Shown piece by piece: positions 10,403 through 20,404 of a stretch of DNA of 40,000 bases. Position 1 is the stretch's first letter; each line of letters starts with the position of its first letter. Made by a program: the position numbers and the translations under genes. The notes below the pieces were generated by a model. It did no database searches. It had not been told where the DNA came from and saw only the letters and a list, made by a program, of their open reading frames with translations. Origin of the DNA: Synechococcales cyanobacterium C42_A2020_086 (GTDB lineage Bacteria > Cyanobacteriota > Cyanobacteriia > Elainellales > Elainellaceae); the NCBI GenBank assembly GCA_015272325.1, contig JACYLU010000028.1, positions 259,294 to 299,293 of the forward strand, read 5' to 3'.

Positions 10403-10801
10403 ATGAAAAGAGTTTTATCGCGCATCTTTGCCCTAGTTCTGGTACTTGTCGTTGGCTTGATGGGCTGCTCTGCCTCGCCCACAGGCATGACGGGGAACTA
10501 TCGTCAAGATACCCTAGCCCTAATTGAAAGCCTCAGAGGGGCACTAGAGCTACCCAACGATTCGCCCGAGAAAGCAGCCGCCCAAGCCGAAGCACGGCAG
10601 AAAATTAATGACTTCTCGGCTCGCTACCGTCGCGATGGCTCGTTGACCAAGCTCAGCTCCTTCACCACGATGCGGACCGCCCTTAACTCGCTGGCTGGGC
10701 ACTACAGCTCCTATCCAAATCGCCCGGTGCCGCAGAAGCTCAAGGACCGACTCGAAACCGAATTTAAACAGGTCGAAGCGGCTCTGAAACGCGAAGCCTA
10801 A
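10403..10801 (+). CDS. psb27: photosystem II assembly lipoprotein Psb27
   Basis: Lipobox LMGC follows the signal peptide. GNYRQDTLALIESLR...AAQAEARQKINDF..YRRD...MRTALNSLAGHYSSYPNRPVPQKLK closely resembles known cyanobacterial Psb27. Confidence 0.95.
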   Translation: MKRVLSRIFALVLVLVVGLMGCSASPTGMTGNYRQDTLALIESLRGALELPNDSPEKAAAQAEARQKINDFSARYRRDGSLTKLSSFTTMRTALNSLAGHYSSYPNRPVPQKLKDRLETEFKQVEAALKREA

Positions 10802-10869
10802 CTGCAACTCGTCAGGACGTCGGCTGGATTCGAGATACCGATACCTACATATCCCCTATTTTCCCTTGG

Positions 10870-10898
10870 CGTGGAGTGGTGCTGGGCACTGCTCCACG
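10870..10898. terminator. hairpin between convergent psb27 and the receiver gene (possible bidirectional terminator)
   Basis: CGTGGAG (10870-10876) pairs with CTCCACG (10892-10898). An inner GTGC/GCAC pairing is present, and TTT follows on the + strand. Confidence 0.45.
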
Positions 10899-10932
10899 TT
10901 TGACATTGCGCCCTATCTCTTTGGATTGCTGA

Positions 10933-11331
10933 TTACACCCGATATTTAGAGCGAGCCGTTAACAAATTCTGAATGGTGGCGTGCAGCACCTCAAAGCGAA
11001 TGGGTTTACGGACAAAATCGGTCGCACCGACAGCTAGACCCTTAATACGACACAGCTCAGCATGGGCAGTCATCAACACAATCGGCAGCGAGCGCAGCCG
11101 GTCATCACGGCGAATTTTGCGCGTCAGCTCGTAACCGTCCATGTGCGGCATCATCACATCAAGCAGCAGCAAGTCAGGTGGAGAGATTGTCAGTTTGTCC
11201 AGGGCTAAACTTGCTGTATCCGCTACATCCACCTGATAACCTTCGGACTCTAGAAATGTTTTCAGCAGAAAAATATTGTCTGCCAGATCGTCTACGACCA
11301 GAATGCGCGGCGAATGGGGAACTGGTTTCAT
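10933..11331 (-). CDS. single-domain response regulator (CheY-like receiver)
   Basis: RILVVDDLADN...DLLLLDVMMPHMDGYELTRKIR...PIVLMTAH...KP are canonical receiver motifs. The ORF is trimmed to MKPVPHS (ATG at 11331). No output domain is present. Confidence 0.85.
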   Translation of the reverse strand: MKPVPHSPRILVVDDLADNIFLLKTFLESEGYQVDVADTASLALDKLTISPPDLLLLDVMMPHMDGYELTRKIRRDDRLRSLPIVLMTAHAELCRIKGLAVGATDFVRKPIRFEVLHATIQNLLTARSKYRV

Positions 11332-11532
11332 AAGCGAGTTCAGAATGAGTGGCAAACAATTCAACGCAACTCGTCCCGAGTCTACTGCGCCATTGTGCCG
11401 CTTCAGCCTATGGATTGCATCTCTCCTAAAGTAGAAGTTCAGTAGAAGCCAGCCATGATCTCTACTGCTTCCTAGCGAATGGTAGCCTGATCCCCTTGAT
11501 GTCTCGTCCGGTCGAGGAAATGATTCGCGAAC

Positions 11533-12183
11533 TTAATGCATCATCCCAGGACCATGCCCTGGCATTCCGGTTACATTAAACCAATCTTGCAGCCAAGTTT
11601 GCATCTGGATGATTTCTTGACGCTGAGTGGTGGCAATCTCTTGGGCAAATGGGCGCACAGGCTCATGCTCTACCAAATTCCGATTCAGCAGCATTTGAGA
11701 CATCATCACAGCTCCCATGTGATGCACAACCATATCTTCTAAAAAAGTTTGATCCAGAGCGTCTCCTTGCAAATTGTCTAAATTGCGCATCATCGGGTTG
11801 TAGGAGACTGTTGTGTCGCGTTCAGGATACCATTCACTAAGCCACTGCTGCATTTGTTTGATCTCAGCACTCTGCACCTGAATAATCTCTTCGGCAAAGC
11901 GTTTCATTTCAGGGCGATTGCTGCCAGCTAGCACTAGCTGCGCGGAGTCAATGGCTTCTTGATGGTGGGGAATCATCTGGGTGAGATAGTCAAACTCGCT
12001 GCTGACCTGCATGTCGTGCATCATGCCGCCGTGGTGCATCATGCCATTATTTTGTGCTAGGTTCTGCGCCGAATTGTTGGCCGACTGATTCGCTGGAGAC
12101 GGAACCAGACGTTGGGACAGAGCAACGGGAATGACAATACCAAGACTCGCCATCGCCACGAATGCCATACTTCTGAGTTGCAT
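11533..12183 (-). CDS. DUF305-domain periplasmic Met/His-rich protein (CopM-like copper-binding protein)
   Basis: Signal peptide, then a MMHHGGMMHDM stretch. Two DUF305-type repeats follow (YLTQMIPHHQEAI and FLEDMVVHHMGAV), and the C-terminus is GHGPGMMH. The start at 12183 lies 6 nt after GGAGG. Confidence 0.75.
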   Translation of the reverse strand: MQLRSMAFVAMASLGIVIPVALSQRLVPSPANQSANNSAQNLAQNNGMMHHGGMMHDMQVSSEFDYLTQMIPHHQEAIDSAQLVLAGSNRPEMKRFAEEIIQVQSAEIKQMQQWLSEWYPERDTTVSYNPMMRNLDNLQGDALDQTFLEDMVVHHMGAVMMSQMLLNRNLVEHEPVRPFAQEIATTQRQEIIQMQTWLQDWFNVTGMPGHGPGMMH

Positions 12184-12280
12184 AATCATCCTCCTACAGT
12201 AAACAGATGGGGAAATCACTTATACCCCTAAATGACAAACATGGTGAAATCAACAGGAGAGCCAGCCTGAAATGCAAAAA

Positions 12281-12910
12281 TCATGATTGAGGAAAGGATG
12301 GTGGTTCTGTAATTTCCAAGTTTTCCATCGACTTTTCCATCGGCAATGTATTGACTTGATCCTGGGAATGAACGACTTGAATCACACCGCGAAACATATT
12401 CATGCCACACGTAAAGAGATAATTGCCGGGTCGCGTAGGGGTAAATTCAACTGCCGTGCGTTGGTTCAAGGGCAAGGCTTCGGCAATTTGAAAATCTGGA
12501 ATCAGGACTCGCTCCAAACAGCTACTCGGATCTCGGCGCAAGAAGTAGAGCCGCACGGGCTGACCAGCCTGCACCACAATTCGGCTCGGCTCATAACCCC
12601 CATCGACGATAATATCGAGTTCTTGAATTCCTTGCTGAGAGCGAGCCTGCTGCGATTGAGGCTGACTTCCCAAGAACCACCACAGTTCTAAACCAATCAG
12701 GGCGATTACAACTGCACTCACCCCTAGCCTGAGGGCGAGTGGTTGTTCGATGCGCCGAAACTCCGGGGTCGAAAGAGGATTGTGGGGCATGCTGGTTTCA
12801 GAGATAGCTGCCTCGGCAGCTGTAACGCCAATGCTAGTCAGCAACCCTATACTGGTGAGTGTCCCTATGAATCGGCGAGCTGGCATGGTTTCATTCTCTT
12901 GGCGAGTCAA
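12281..12910 (-). CDS. membrane-anchored cupredoxin-domain protein
   Basis: One TM helix is followed by an ~100-aa domain, IVDGGYEPSRIVVQAGQPVRLYF...CLERVLIPDF...GNYLFTCGMNMFRGVIQV. This type is commonly encoded next to heavy-metal P-type ATPases. An alternative start is at 12886. Confidence 0.65.
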   Translation of the reverse strand: MTRQENETMPARRFIGTLTSIGLLTSIGVTAAEAAISETSMPHNPLSTPEFRRIEQPLALRLGVSAVVIALIGLELWWFLGSQPQSQQARSQQGIQELDIIVDGGYEPSRIVVQAGQPVRLYFLRRDPSSCLERVLIPDFQIAEALPLNQRTAVEFTPTRPGNYLFTCGMNMFRGVIQVVHSQDQVNTLPMEKSMENLEITEPPSFPQS

Positions 12911-12946
12911 TTGATGAATGAACGAATGAATTATCTGATGAATTAG

Positions 12947-15277
12947 CTAGTGAATTCGTTGAGGCTTAAAGTTGCGAAGACGCAAAGCATTACTAACCAC
13001 AGACACCGAGCTGAATGCCATGGCTGCCCCAGCAATGATTGGACTCAGCAACCAGCCCGAGAAGGGGTAGAGAATGCCGGCCGCAATCGGGATGCCAGCG
13101 ACATTGTAGATAAAGGCAAAGAATAGATTTTGCCGAATGTTGTGCATTGTGGCTCGCGAGAGTTGAATAGCCGTTACAATACCCTGCAAATCGCCTGAGA
13201 TTAGGGTGATGTCGCTAGCCGCAATTGCTACATCAGTGCCGGTGCCAATGGCGATACCAACATCGGCCTGAGCCAGAGCTGGCGCGTCGTTAATGCCATC
13301 TCCTACCATCGCCACAATCTTGCCTTCTGCTTGCAGCGACTGTATGGTAGCAGCCTTCTGATCGGGGCGAACTTCCGCCAGTACCCGTCCAATTCCGACC
13401 TCACGGGCAATCGCCTCGGCTGTATGGGAGTTATCGCCAGTGAGCATCACCACCTGCAACCCCATCCGCTTTAGGGCATGCACGGCTGCTGCCGAACCGG
13501 GTTTGAGGGCATCGGCAATTCCCATCAGTCCGGCTATCTGGCCGTCTACCGCCAACCAGACCACGGTTTTCCCAGCCGCTTCTAGCTGCTCCTGGTCGTT
13601 TTGCAGAGCTTGGGGGTCAATGGGGATGTCATTGGTGCCATTAACGGCATCAATCTCAACATTTAGCTCTTGCATCCAGCGCTGAGTGCCAATTTGCACC
13701 CAATGCCCAGACACTTCCCCCTGAACGCCGCTGCCGGCAATCGCTTCAAACTGTTGCACCTCGGTGAGTTCGACCTGCTGTGATTCTGCATAGCGAACGA
13801 TGGCTTCTGCCAACGGATGTTCCGAGTGGCGTTCTAGAGAGGCAGCAAGCTGAATTAACCGCATCTCATTGCCGTTTGCTGTGCCGTTCACGCTGATGAA
13901 ATCCGTGACGGTCGGTTTGCCCTGGGTTAGGGTTCCGGTTTTGTCCAGCACAAGGGTTTGAATTTTGTGGGCCAGTTCTAAACTGGCTGCGTTTTTGATC
14001 AAAATGCCGTTTTCAGCTCCCTTGCCGGTTCCTACCATGATGGAGGTGGGGGTTGCCAATCCTAAAGCACAGGGACAGGCAATAATCAGCACACCGATAG
14101 ACGTAATCAGGGCCAGGGTGATATTGCCCATCGCGTTGTACCAGAGTCCAAAGGTCGCCAAGGCAACAGCAATCACCACTGGAACAAACCAGGCAGTGAC
14201 TTGGTCGGCTAGCTTCTGAATCGGAGCCTTTGATCCCTGAGCTTGCTGCACCAGTTTGACAATCTGCGCTAAGAAGGTGTCCTTCCCGACTCGGGTGGCA
14301 CGAAACGTGAAACTGCCCGTTTTGTTGAGGGTTGCTCCAATGACTTCATCGCCCGGCTGTTTCTGCACGGGAACGCTTTCGCCAGTAACCATTGATTCAT
14401 CTAGGGTGGAGGAGCCTTCAAGGATTTCACCATCCACAGGAATTGTTTCACCTGGACGAACCAAAATCCTGTCTCCTGGCTCCACGCTGGCAATGGGGAC
14501 ATCAACAGCCTGACCGTTGCGGATGACTCGGGCCGTTTTGGGCTGCAATCCCATCAGCTTGCGAATTGCTTCTGAGGTTTGGCCCTTCGCCCGGTTTTCC
14601 AGCAATCGCCCCAGCAAAATTAACGTAATGACTACGGCTGAAATCTCGTAGTAGATATCAGGAGATAAGCCCTGATTCAAGAAAAACCTGGGAAAGAAAG
14701 TAGGAAACAGGGAATAGAAGAAAGCTGCACTGGTGCCTAGCGCCACCAATGTATCCATAGTTGCTGTATGCCGCTTTAAGGCGTTCCAGGCTCCTGTATA
14801 GAAAGATTCACCACTCCAAAATTGAATGGGTATGGTCAGCACCAACTGCACCACCGGATGATGCAGCCATCCTGGAATCCAGGGCATGGGTATGCCGGTC
14901 ATCATTGGTAATCCACCCACAACCAGCAGCGTGGTGATTCCTGCTGCAACCGTTAGCCGGCGTCGCAATGCTCGTGACTCTGCCTGTTGAGCGGCTTGCT
15001 CAGCATCGGTTTCACCAGTCAGTATCTCCTCTGGCAGCGGATACGCAGCATAGCCTACCGCCTCGACCGCCTGCCGAATCTCTTCTAGCGTGGTCTGCTG
15101 GGGATTGTAGTGAACCGTTGCTAGCTCTGCACCAAAGTTGACCTGACTCATCTCAACACCGGGCAGCGAGCGAATAGCTGATTCAACAGTGCTGGCGCAC
15201 GAGGCACAGCTCATTCCCCGTAATTTAAAGGTCGCCTGTTCGATTGCCGGCTGAGATAGGGTCCGTGGGGCGGTCAT
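12947..15277 (-). CDS. copA: copper-translocating P1B-type ATPase (CopA/PacS/CtaA type)
   Basis: N-terminal HMA domain (GMSCASCAS), CPC in TM6 ([13 protein letters not shown]), DKTGTLT, SEHPLA, and [10 protein letters not shown]. The ATG at 15277 is preceded by AGGAG. Confidence 0.93.
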   Translation of the reverse strand: MTAPRTLSQPAIEQATFKLRGMSCASCASTVESAIRSLPGVEMSQVNFGAELATVHYNPQQTTLEEIRQAVEAVGYAAYPLPEEILTGETDAEQAAQQAESRALRRRLTVAAGITTLLVVGGLPMMTGIPMPWIPGWLHHPVVQLVLTIPIQFWSGESFYTGAWNALKRHTATMDTLVALGTSAAFFYSLFPTFFPRFFLNQGLSPDIYYEISAVVITLILLGRLLENRAKGQTSEAIRKLMGLQPKTARVIRNGQAVDVPIASVEPGDRILVRPGETIPVDGEILEGSSTLDESMVTGESVPVQKQPGDEVIGATLNKTGSFTFRATRVGKDTFLAQIVKLVQQAQGSKAPIQKLADQVTAWFVPVVIAVALATFGLWYNAMGNITLALITSIGVLIIACPCALGLATPTSIMVGTGKGAENGILIKNAASLELAHKIQTLVLDKTGTLTQGKPTVTDFISVNGTANGNEMRLIQLAASLERHSEHPLAEAIVRYAESQQVELTEVQQFEAIAGSGVQGEVSGHWVQIGTQRWMQELNVEIDAVNGTNDIPIDPQALQNDQEQLEAAGKTVVWLAVDGQIAGLMGIADALKPGSAAAVHALKRMGLQVVMLTGDNSHTAEAIAREVGIGRVLAEVRPDQKAATIQSLQAEGKIVAMVGDGINDAPALAQADVGIAIGTGTDVAIAASDITLISGDLQGIVTAIQLSRATMHNIRQNLFFAFIYNVAGIPIAAGILYPFSGWLLSPIIAGAAMAFSSVSVVSNALRLRNFKPQRIH

Positions 15278-15343
15278 CGGTACATCTCCTGGAAACGCTG
15301 GTGCTATGCACCGAGCCAATTACTACCAATTACTAGAGGGCGA

Positions 15344-15541
15344 TCATTCGGCGACAGTATAGCCAGCAGCGGTAATCGCCTCTCGGATAGTTGCTTCGTT
15401 TGCCTGAGTGTTGATGTGGACTTGTTTTGTCTTGGGGTCCGCATTGACTTCGGCAGCCGGATCGATAGCATTCACAGCTTGGGTAATCGCGTCGGCACAG
15501 GCAGAGCAAGCCATGTTGGGAACGGTCAATTGCAGCGTCAT
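15344..15541 (-). CDS. copZ: heavy-metal-associated (HMA) copper chaperone, CopZ/Atx1-like
   Basis: 65-aa ferredoxin-like HMA protein with the MACSAC metal-binding motif. It lies directly upstream of the Cu ATPase on the same strand. Confidence 0.8.
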   Translation of the reverse strand: MTLQLTVPNMACSACADAITQAVNAIDPAAEVNADPKTKQVHINTQANEATIREAITAAGYTVAE

Positions 15542-15589
15542 GGGTCAGTCCTCGCAGGTGTGAATTTTGCGGGAGTAGCGGGAGTATCC

Positions 15590-16059
15590 AGTTCGGGTAG
15601 ACCGTCGGTAGCGCTCAGGCGATAGCATCCCGGCTGATTCCGGTTTTCTGAAGCACTGTTCATCCGGACTACCCGCTCAATCGGTATGTCTCTATCTTGG
15701 AGTCTCCAGTTAACTGGAGAGTCAAGCGCCTCAAGGGGCGGGGAACCGAAGGGATTGAAACGATGGTTACATGTGCCCAGTGTTTGGCGGGAAACACTTG
15801 AGCTAACACTTTCCAAAATCCCAATGCACCATCGCCAACCGCTAGCTTTGGGGCAGTTTGCAACCCTTGGTCTACCAGTCGCAACAGCAAGCTCTTCCAG
15901 GTCAACTCCGATTCGCGAAATCCAGCTTCTAGACCCAGCAGTTTCTTCTCTCCGTCTCGCTCACCCCGATTAACACCAGAATGCATTGGTACTCATCTTC
16001 ACCGTTTTGCAAGCTGAAGTATACCCCATCGGCCCAAACGTAATTTTGGTGTTATGGGC
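15590..16059 (-). pseudogene. IS256/Mutator-family transposase remnant (frameshifted, internally deleted, 5' end cut by the IS3 insertion)
   Basis: Minus-strand frames read YVWADGVYFSLQNGEDEYQCILVLIGVSE / KKLLGLEAGFRESELTWKSLLLRLVDQGLQTAPKLAVGDGALGFWKVLAQVFP / ...LDSPVNWRLQDRDIPIERV. These match the conserved IS256 transposase blocks WADG, GDGALGFW and FP..HW..R..NPIE. The blocks sit in different frames and about 80 aa between them are missing. Confidence 0.6.
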
Positions 16060-16127
16060 TGAAGTGGAACCGGAAAACTGGACAGGTAGTTAAGCTCTGA
16101 ACCCGCTACTCATGATAGAGGTAGTTC

Positions 16128-16445
16128 ATGGCAAATAAACGCAAACAGTACAGTGCTCAATTCAAAGCTAAAGTTGCCCTTGCCGCGATTCGGGGTGAGA
16201 GAACCGTAGCCGAGTTGGCAAGCCAGTATGAGATTCATCCCACGATGATCAACAACTGGAAACGGCAATTGTAGGAAGGAGCCAGTGATGTCTTTGAGTC
16301 CGGCAATGCTGCTGCCCCAATTCACAACGACCAGCAAGCGCAAATCGATGAACTCTACCGACAAATTGGACAACTCAAGGTGGAACGAGATTTTTTAGCC
16401 AACAGGTCAGCACAGTTGGGCTTGAAGCTCGAAAAGCCCTGGTGA
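16128..16445 (+). pseudogene. IS3 orfA (HTH transposase subunit) with an in-frame TAG
   Basis: MANKRKQYSAQFKAKVALAAIRGERTVAELASQYEIHPTMINNWKRQL, then TAG at 16272-16274. The same frame continues EGASDVFESG...QIDELYRQIGQLKVERDFLA, the leucine-zipper part of orfA. Confidence 0.8.
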
Positions 16446-17296
16446 TGCCTGACCATCCTCACTTGAGTATTGTGCGGCAATGTCAATTGCTCAAGCTTGC
16501 TCGTTCTAGTCTTTACTACCAGGCGAAAGACCCATCGGACGAGGAGTTGACCTTACTGCAATTAATCGACCAGCAATATTTGGAAACCCCGTTTTACGGC
16601 AGTCGGAAGATGACACTCTTCCTCCGAGAGCAGGGCTATCGCATCCATCGCAAACGAACGCAGCGATTAATGCGACAACTCGGGATTGAAGCAATTTATC
16701 CCAAGCCCAAGTTGAGTCAACTGCACCCAGAACACCGAGTCTATCCGTATCTGTTGCGCAATGTGGCAGTGAGTGCAGCAAATCAAGTCTGGTCTACTGA
16801 TATCCCTTATCTGCCTGTGCTCAAAGGTCATTTTTATCTGGTTGCCATTATGGACTGGTACAGTCGGAAGGTTCTCAGTTGGCGCATCTCCAACACACTG
16901 GAGGTTGACTTTTGCCTGGATGCACTCCGAGCTGCATTATCAGACTATGGCACCCCAGAGATCTTCAACAGTGACCAGGGCAGTCAGTTCACCTCTCATG
17001 CTTTCACAGATGGTCTCCATGCCTCTGGGGTACAAATCAGTATGGATGGCAGAGGGCGTTGTCATGACAACATTTTCATTGAGCGGTTGTGGCGATCGTG
17101 CTCCGCACGGTTCGGAGAACCATCGATCAAGTATGAGTTGATTTATTTGAAAGCATTTGAGGATGGGAAACATTTGAATCGGGAGGTGAATTACTGGTTT
17201 GAGTGGTATAACCAAGAGAGATTTCATCGAGCATTGGAGTACAAAACACCGAATCAGGTGTATTATGAAGATAACTGTATTGTGAATGAAAGCTAG
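16442..17296 (+). CDS. IS3 orfB (DDE integrase-like catalytic subunit)
   Basis: VWSTDIPYLPV...YLVAIMDWYSRKVLSW...FNSDQGSQFTS...HDNIFIERLWRS is an rve-type DDE core. An apparent ~10-aa insertion (CSARFGEPSI) interrupts the conserved ERLWRS-KYE block. Confidence 0.8.
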   Translation: MMPDHPHLSIVRQCQLLKLARSSLYYQAKDPSDEELTLLQLIDQQYLETPFYGSRKMTLFLREQGYRIHRKRTQRLMRQLGIEAIYPKPKLSQLHPEHRVYPYLLRNVAVSAANQVWSTDIPYLPVLKGHFYLVAIMDWYSRKVLSWRISNTLEVDFCLDALRAALSDYGTPEIFNSDQGSQFTSHAFTDGLHASGVQISMDGRGRCHDNIFIERLWRSCSARFGEPSIKYELIYLKAFEDGKHLNREVNYWFEWYNQERFHRALEYKTPNQVYYEDNCIVNES

Positions 17297-17659
17297 AACG
17301 ATACAGTGAACACAAGTAAATCAGAGCTTTTAGAGCTTAGCCTAGTTCCAAAGTTGTCTAGTCAGTTGGGTCCACTTCAGCATTACGGTGTGTTGTATTT
17401 CAGGAGCTAAATTCCACTTTTTTTTCGGGCAAATGGATGTTGTTTGTCTAGCTGGATAAAGTTAATAATTCTTTTCAGTACATGAGAAACTACATCTACC
17501 CCATAGAGGCAAGCATCTCTCGGGAAAGGATGTGTTCACATGCAGAGAATAGTCCTGCTGGGCGATCGCCTCTTCTAATGACTATTCCTATTTGCGAGCT
17601 ATGGTGTGCATGGGTAAAGGATAGAAAAAGGTCGTGATGTCAATTTTATTTAACTAAAT

Positions 17660-19885
17660 TTAACTAATGAAATCTAATGCCCTGATGCCACTGAGAATAG
17701 TACGAACAACCCCACTTTTTCCTCGGCAGGGAAGTAAGATGACTTGCCCAGTTAAGGCTCCACTTTTGTCTAGGTCAGACACAATTTGACTTAAGTCATG
17801 CCCCATATATCCAGTAATGACGGCAACCAAGTCACAATTGCTGATCTTACTTTGAATACTGTTACGACTAATATGGCTTTCACTAGAAGGAGCTATCTCA
17901 GTAATATCTTTCATATTGTATGTTTCAGTTAGCTCACGAACCACTTCCCGCCGCGTAGCTGTATGTCCGCCGACCAATGCCAAACGCAGAGCCGATAGGT
18001 CGAGGGGAGAATCTGGGATCTCATCCCCTGGAGAAGTTTGAATACCGAGTTTTGCCGCTTCAGAGAGGCTCTGCTGCTGGTACTCAACAAGTTGGGACAC
18101 AACTTCTGAGCTGAGGTAGTATAGGGCACGTTTCAAATCCTGGAAAAAAGCTTCCTCTGAACGACCTTGCCGTATAGCATTATCAATTTCATTGATCGCA
18201 AGTCCTTGATACTCATTGCTGAGATTCTGACGCAATCTTGGCAGAGTATCGATATAGGGTTCTAGCCCCTCAAGCAATTCAAAATGTTGTTTACGACTAA
18301 TTTGTTGGGTTCCTGTAAGTATCCGTAATTCAGTCAACTCAACTTCTAATTTATCCATTTGCCCCTGGCTGGCTAACCAATCTAACCAGTCACCGTAGGC
18401 AATGAGCAATTTATCTGTTTGGTTGAGGTGTTTCCAAAGGTCTAGACGCACCTTCAAAATATCTTCGGCATTTAACAGACTAACCAACTGCGAACCTGCT
18501 GTTTCAATACACTGTTCATAGTAGATAACCTCTTGTTCAGAAGAGATATCACCGAATCCTCTTAGTGAAGCAAGCGTGGCGATATGGGCTCGATCTTCCA
18601 ATAGCAATGTTTCAGGGGCAACATCTATCAAGATTAGGTAGACCTCAGCCGCGTTTTCTGGGTTGCCTTCTGTAGCCCAAAGCCTTGCTAAAGGTAGGAG
18701 CATTTCGACTTGTCTCTCTCCAGACTGCCAAGCTTTCTCAAGAAACGGGCGAGCTTGGGATTTTTGTCCCATCCAATAGAGAGCAGCACCCCGTAAACCA
18801 GATAGGCAAGGAGGAAGTTCAGTAACTGAATCTGATAGCAGATTAATTACTTCCTTGAAGCGGTTATTGGATAGAAGGAGTTCTATTTGCCGAACCTGAA
18901 TCTCTTCTTGCTCCTCGGTAGTTTTAGCAGGAATTGATTGGTAAAGGTCTAGGGCTTTATTCGCATCCCCAACTGCCCGATAGGATGCTGCCAAGTTAAG
19001 CAGAACAGGAACAGACTGAGGATGCTTGGCTTGCAACACCTCCAATTTTGGAATACGCTCTACTGGCGCAATTTCGACTAACTGAGCTAATTGCTCACCA
19101 AGAGTGCCATCTGTTACTGGCTCAATCGTTTCCTGGGGATTCATTGCCTGATGGAGAAGTCTCCGTACTCCATCTGCTTGGCGAATTCGTTCTAGTTCTG
19201 GTAAGAATTCTTGAGCAATTTGCTGGGCAGATTGTAGCAGTTCCGGTAAGTTCTCCTGTTGAGAGCGTTGAATATGAGCATGCACAAGTTGCTCAACCAA
19301 CCTACCGGAGACAGGCAAAGCTAGAATTTCATCGCGTTTGATAGAAAAAAGGTCTACCAATTGCTCCGTTTTGTCTGTACGAGCATATAGAGTAATCAAC
19401 GAGCGAAGAGTATTGCCATCACCCTCAGCTAATTGCTGAAGCAGTTGCTCTTCAGCTTCTGTGACCTGCCCAATCCTGATTTGCTGTTCAATGCGGTTTG
19501 GATTAATTCCCTGAACCGTACTGGTTGGTGAAGGAATATCCTCGCTTAGTTGCTTGATGATGCTACGAAATTGAGCTTGCCACGATTTGAACGTTTGAAT
19601 TGCCTTTGCTTCTTGCTTAGAATAATCAGCAACTACTTTGGCGTTATTGACAGCATAAGAAGTTTCAATTGATGCCCACCCCTGTTGTAATTCCTCCTCG
19701 GTGGCTGTGACATAGGTGAAGTGAGTGTACTCCCCATGGAGAGATGGCATTAATTTTGTAACTTTGAAGCGTTCTCGGAGTGCCCGATGCAGTTCCTCTG
19801 CTTGTAACTGGCTGACGCACTTGAGGCGTAACCCCACTTGCTCAGAACCTCCAAGCTTAGAAACAATTTCGTATTGAAATTTCAT
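17660..19885 (-). CDS. TPR-repeat protein with a C-terminal DUF2325-like domain (last gene of the effector operon)
   Basis: 741 aa. The central region has TPR-like helices (LLNLAASYRAVGDANKALDLYQSI, LPLARLWATEGNPENAAEVY). The C-terminal ~110 aa, LALVGGHTATRREV...CDLVAVITGYMGHDLSQIVSDL...ILLPCRGKSGVVRTI, resemble DUF2325. The start overlaps the PLD stop as ATGA. Confidence 0.5.
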   Translation of the reverse strand: MKFQYEIVSKLGGSEQVGLRLKCVSQLQAEELHRALRERFKVTKLMPSLHGEYTHFTYVTATEEELQQGWASIETSYAVNNAKVVADYSKQEAKAIQTFKSWQAQFRSIIKQLSEDIPSPTSTVQGINPNRIEQQIRIGQVTEAEEQLLQQLAEGDGNTLRSLITLYARTDKTEQLVDLFSIKRDEILALPVSGRLVEQLVHAHIQRSQQENLPELLQSAQQIAQEFLPELERIRQADGVRRLLHQAMNPQETIEPVTDGTLGEQLAQLVEIAPVERIPKLEVLQAKHPQSVPVLLNLAASYRAVGDANKALDLYQSIPAKTTEEQEEIQVRQIELLLSNNRFKEVINLLSDSVTELPPCLSGLRGAALYWMGQKSQARPFLEKAWQSGERQVEMLLPLARLWATEGNPENAAEVYLILIDVAPETLLLEDRAHIATLASLRGFGDISSEQEVIYYEQCIETAGSQLVSLLNAEDILKVRLDLWKHLNQTDKLLIAYGDWLDWLASQGQMDKLEVELTELRILTGTQQISRKQHFELLEGLEPYIDTLPRLRQNLSNEYQGLAINEIDNAIRQGRSEEAFFQDLKRALYYLSSEVVSQLVEYQQQSLSEAAKLGIQTSPGDEIPDSPLDLSALRLALVGGHTATRREVVRELTETYNMKDITEIAPSSESHISRNSIQSKISNCDLVAVITGYMGHDLSQIVSDLDKSGALTGQVILLPCRGKSGVVRTILSGIRALDFIS

Positions 19886-20394
19886 AACAGTTGAACCGCC
19901 TGGTCAAAATGCTGGATGCAGTGCTGGCGAAGCTGAGCGATGCTCCGCTCATCATGGCAGTAGTTGTACAACTCAATGTTTTGGTTTACACCACCATCGG
20001 TTAGGTTCAGGGAACCGTCAAGGGCACCGTAGTGGCCAACGTAGGCTTTCGTATGTAGAGCGGATAGGACACGAACCTGGATTCGATCGCTGCGTTTTGC
20101 AAGCTGTCTCAGCGCAGAATGATAATCGGAGTCATCTCCAACAGTAATAAAAATGCTCCCACCATTTGCTGAAATTTGGTGAAGAATATCAAACAAATGA
20201 AGGGAATCTTGTTTGGTTTCAACGACCTCCTGAAAAGAAACATAGTAGGGATTTGCGAGTCGAAAGTTAGTGACCCAGGGAGCAACAATCCAAAACTCAA
20301 AGTGATCGCCTAGCTGTGAGGCAAGCACTTCATTCAGCAGAAAGTTGTAAATCATCGCCTGACCACTGCGTTGTAGGGTTGATCGCTTCGCCAT
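19882..20394 (-). CDS. PLD-superfamily (HKD-type) nuclease-like protein
   Basis: A single PLD-like motif, LHTKAYVGHYGALDGSLNLTDGG (H-x-K ... GS-x-N). The size and N-terminal WIVAPW strand are typical of NucT/DrmC-type nucleases. The ATG at 20394 follows GAGG by 8 nt. The upstream ATG at 20433 would overlap the helicase gene by 29 nt. Confidence 0.65.
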   Translation of the reverse strand: MAKRSTLQRSGQAMIYNFLLNEVLASQLGDHFEFWIVAPWVTNFRLANPYYVSFQEVVETKQDSLHLFDILHQISANGGSIFITVGDDSDYHSALRQLAKRSDRIQVRVLSALHTKAYVGHYGALDGSLNLTDGGVNQNIELYNYCHDERSIAQLRQHCIQHFDQAVQLL

Positions 20395-20404
20395 AGAATA
20401 GACC

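Larger units (their letters stand above)
16060..17379 (+). mobile_element. IS3-family insertion sequence (IS150-like two-ORF layout), probably inactive
   Basis: Imperfect terminal inverted repeats start TGAAGTGGA at 16060 and end TCCACTTCA at 17379 (TG...CA ends). orfA and orfB are in the -1 frame relationship typical of IS3. No flanking direct repeat could be seen. Confidence 0.8.

Noticed and set aside
16110-16373. 87-aa minus-strand ORF antisense to IS3 orfA
   Set aside because: It lies entirely within the better-supported orfA frame and has no motif. It is treated as a shadow ORF.
16051-17400. Target-site duplication flanking the IS3 copy
   Set aside because: The flanks (…TATGGGC | IS | GCATTACGG…) share no identical 3-4 bp repeat. 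The loose similarity between AACACCAAAATTACG and AACACACCGTAATGC on the complementary strand is too weak to interpret.
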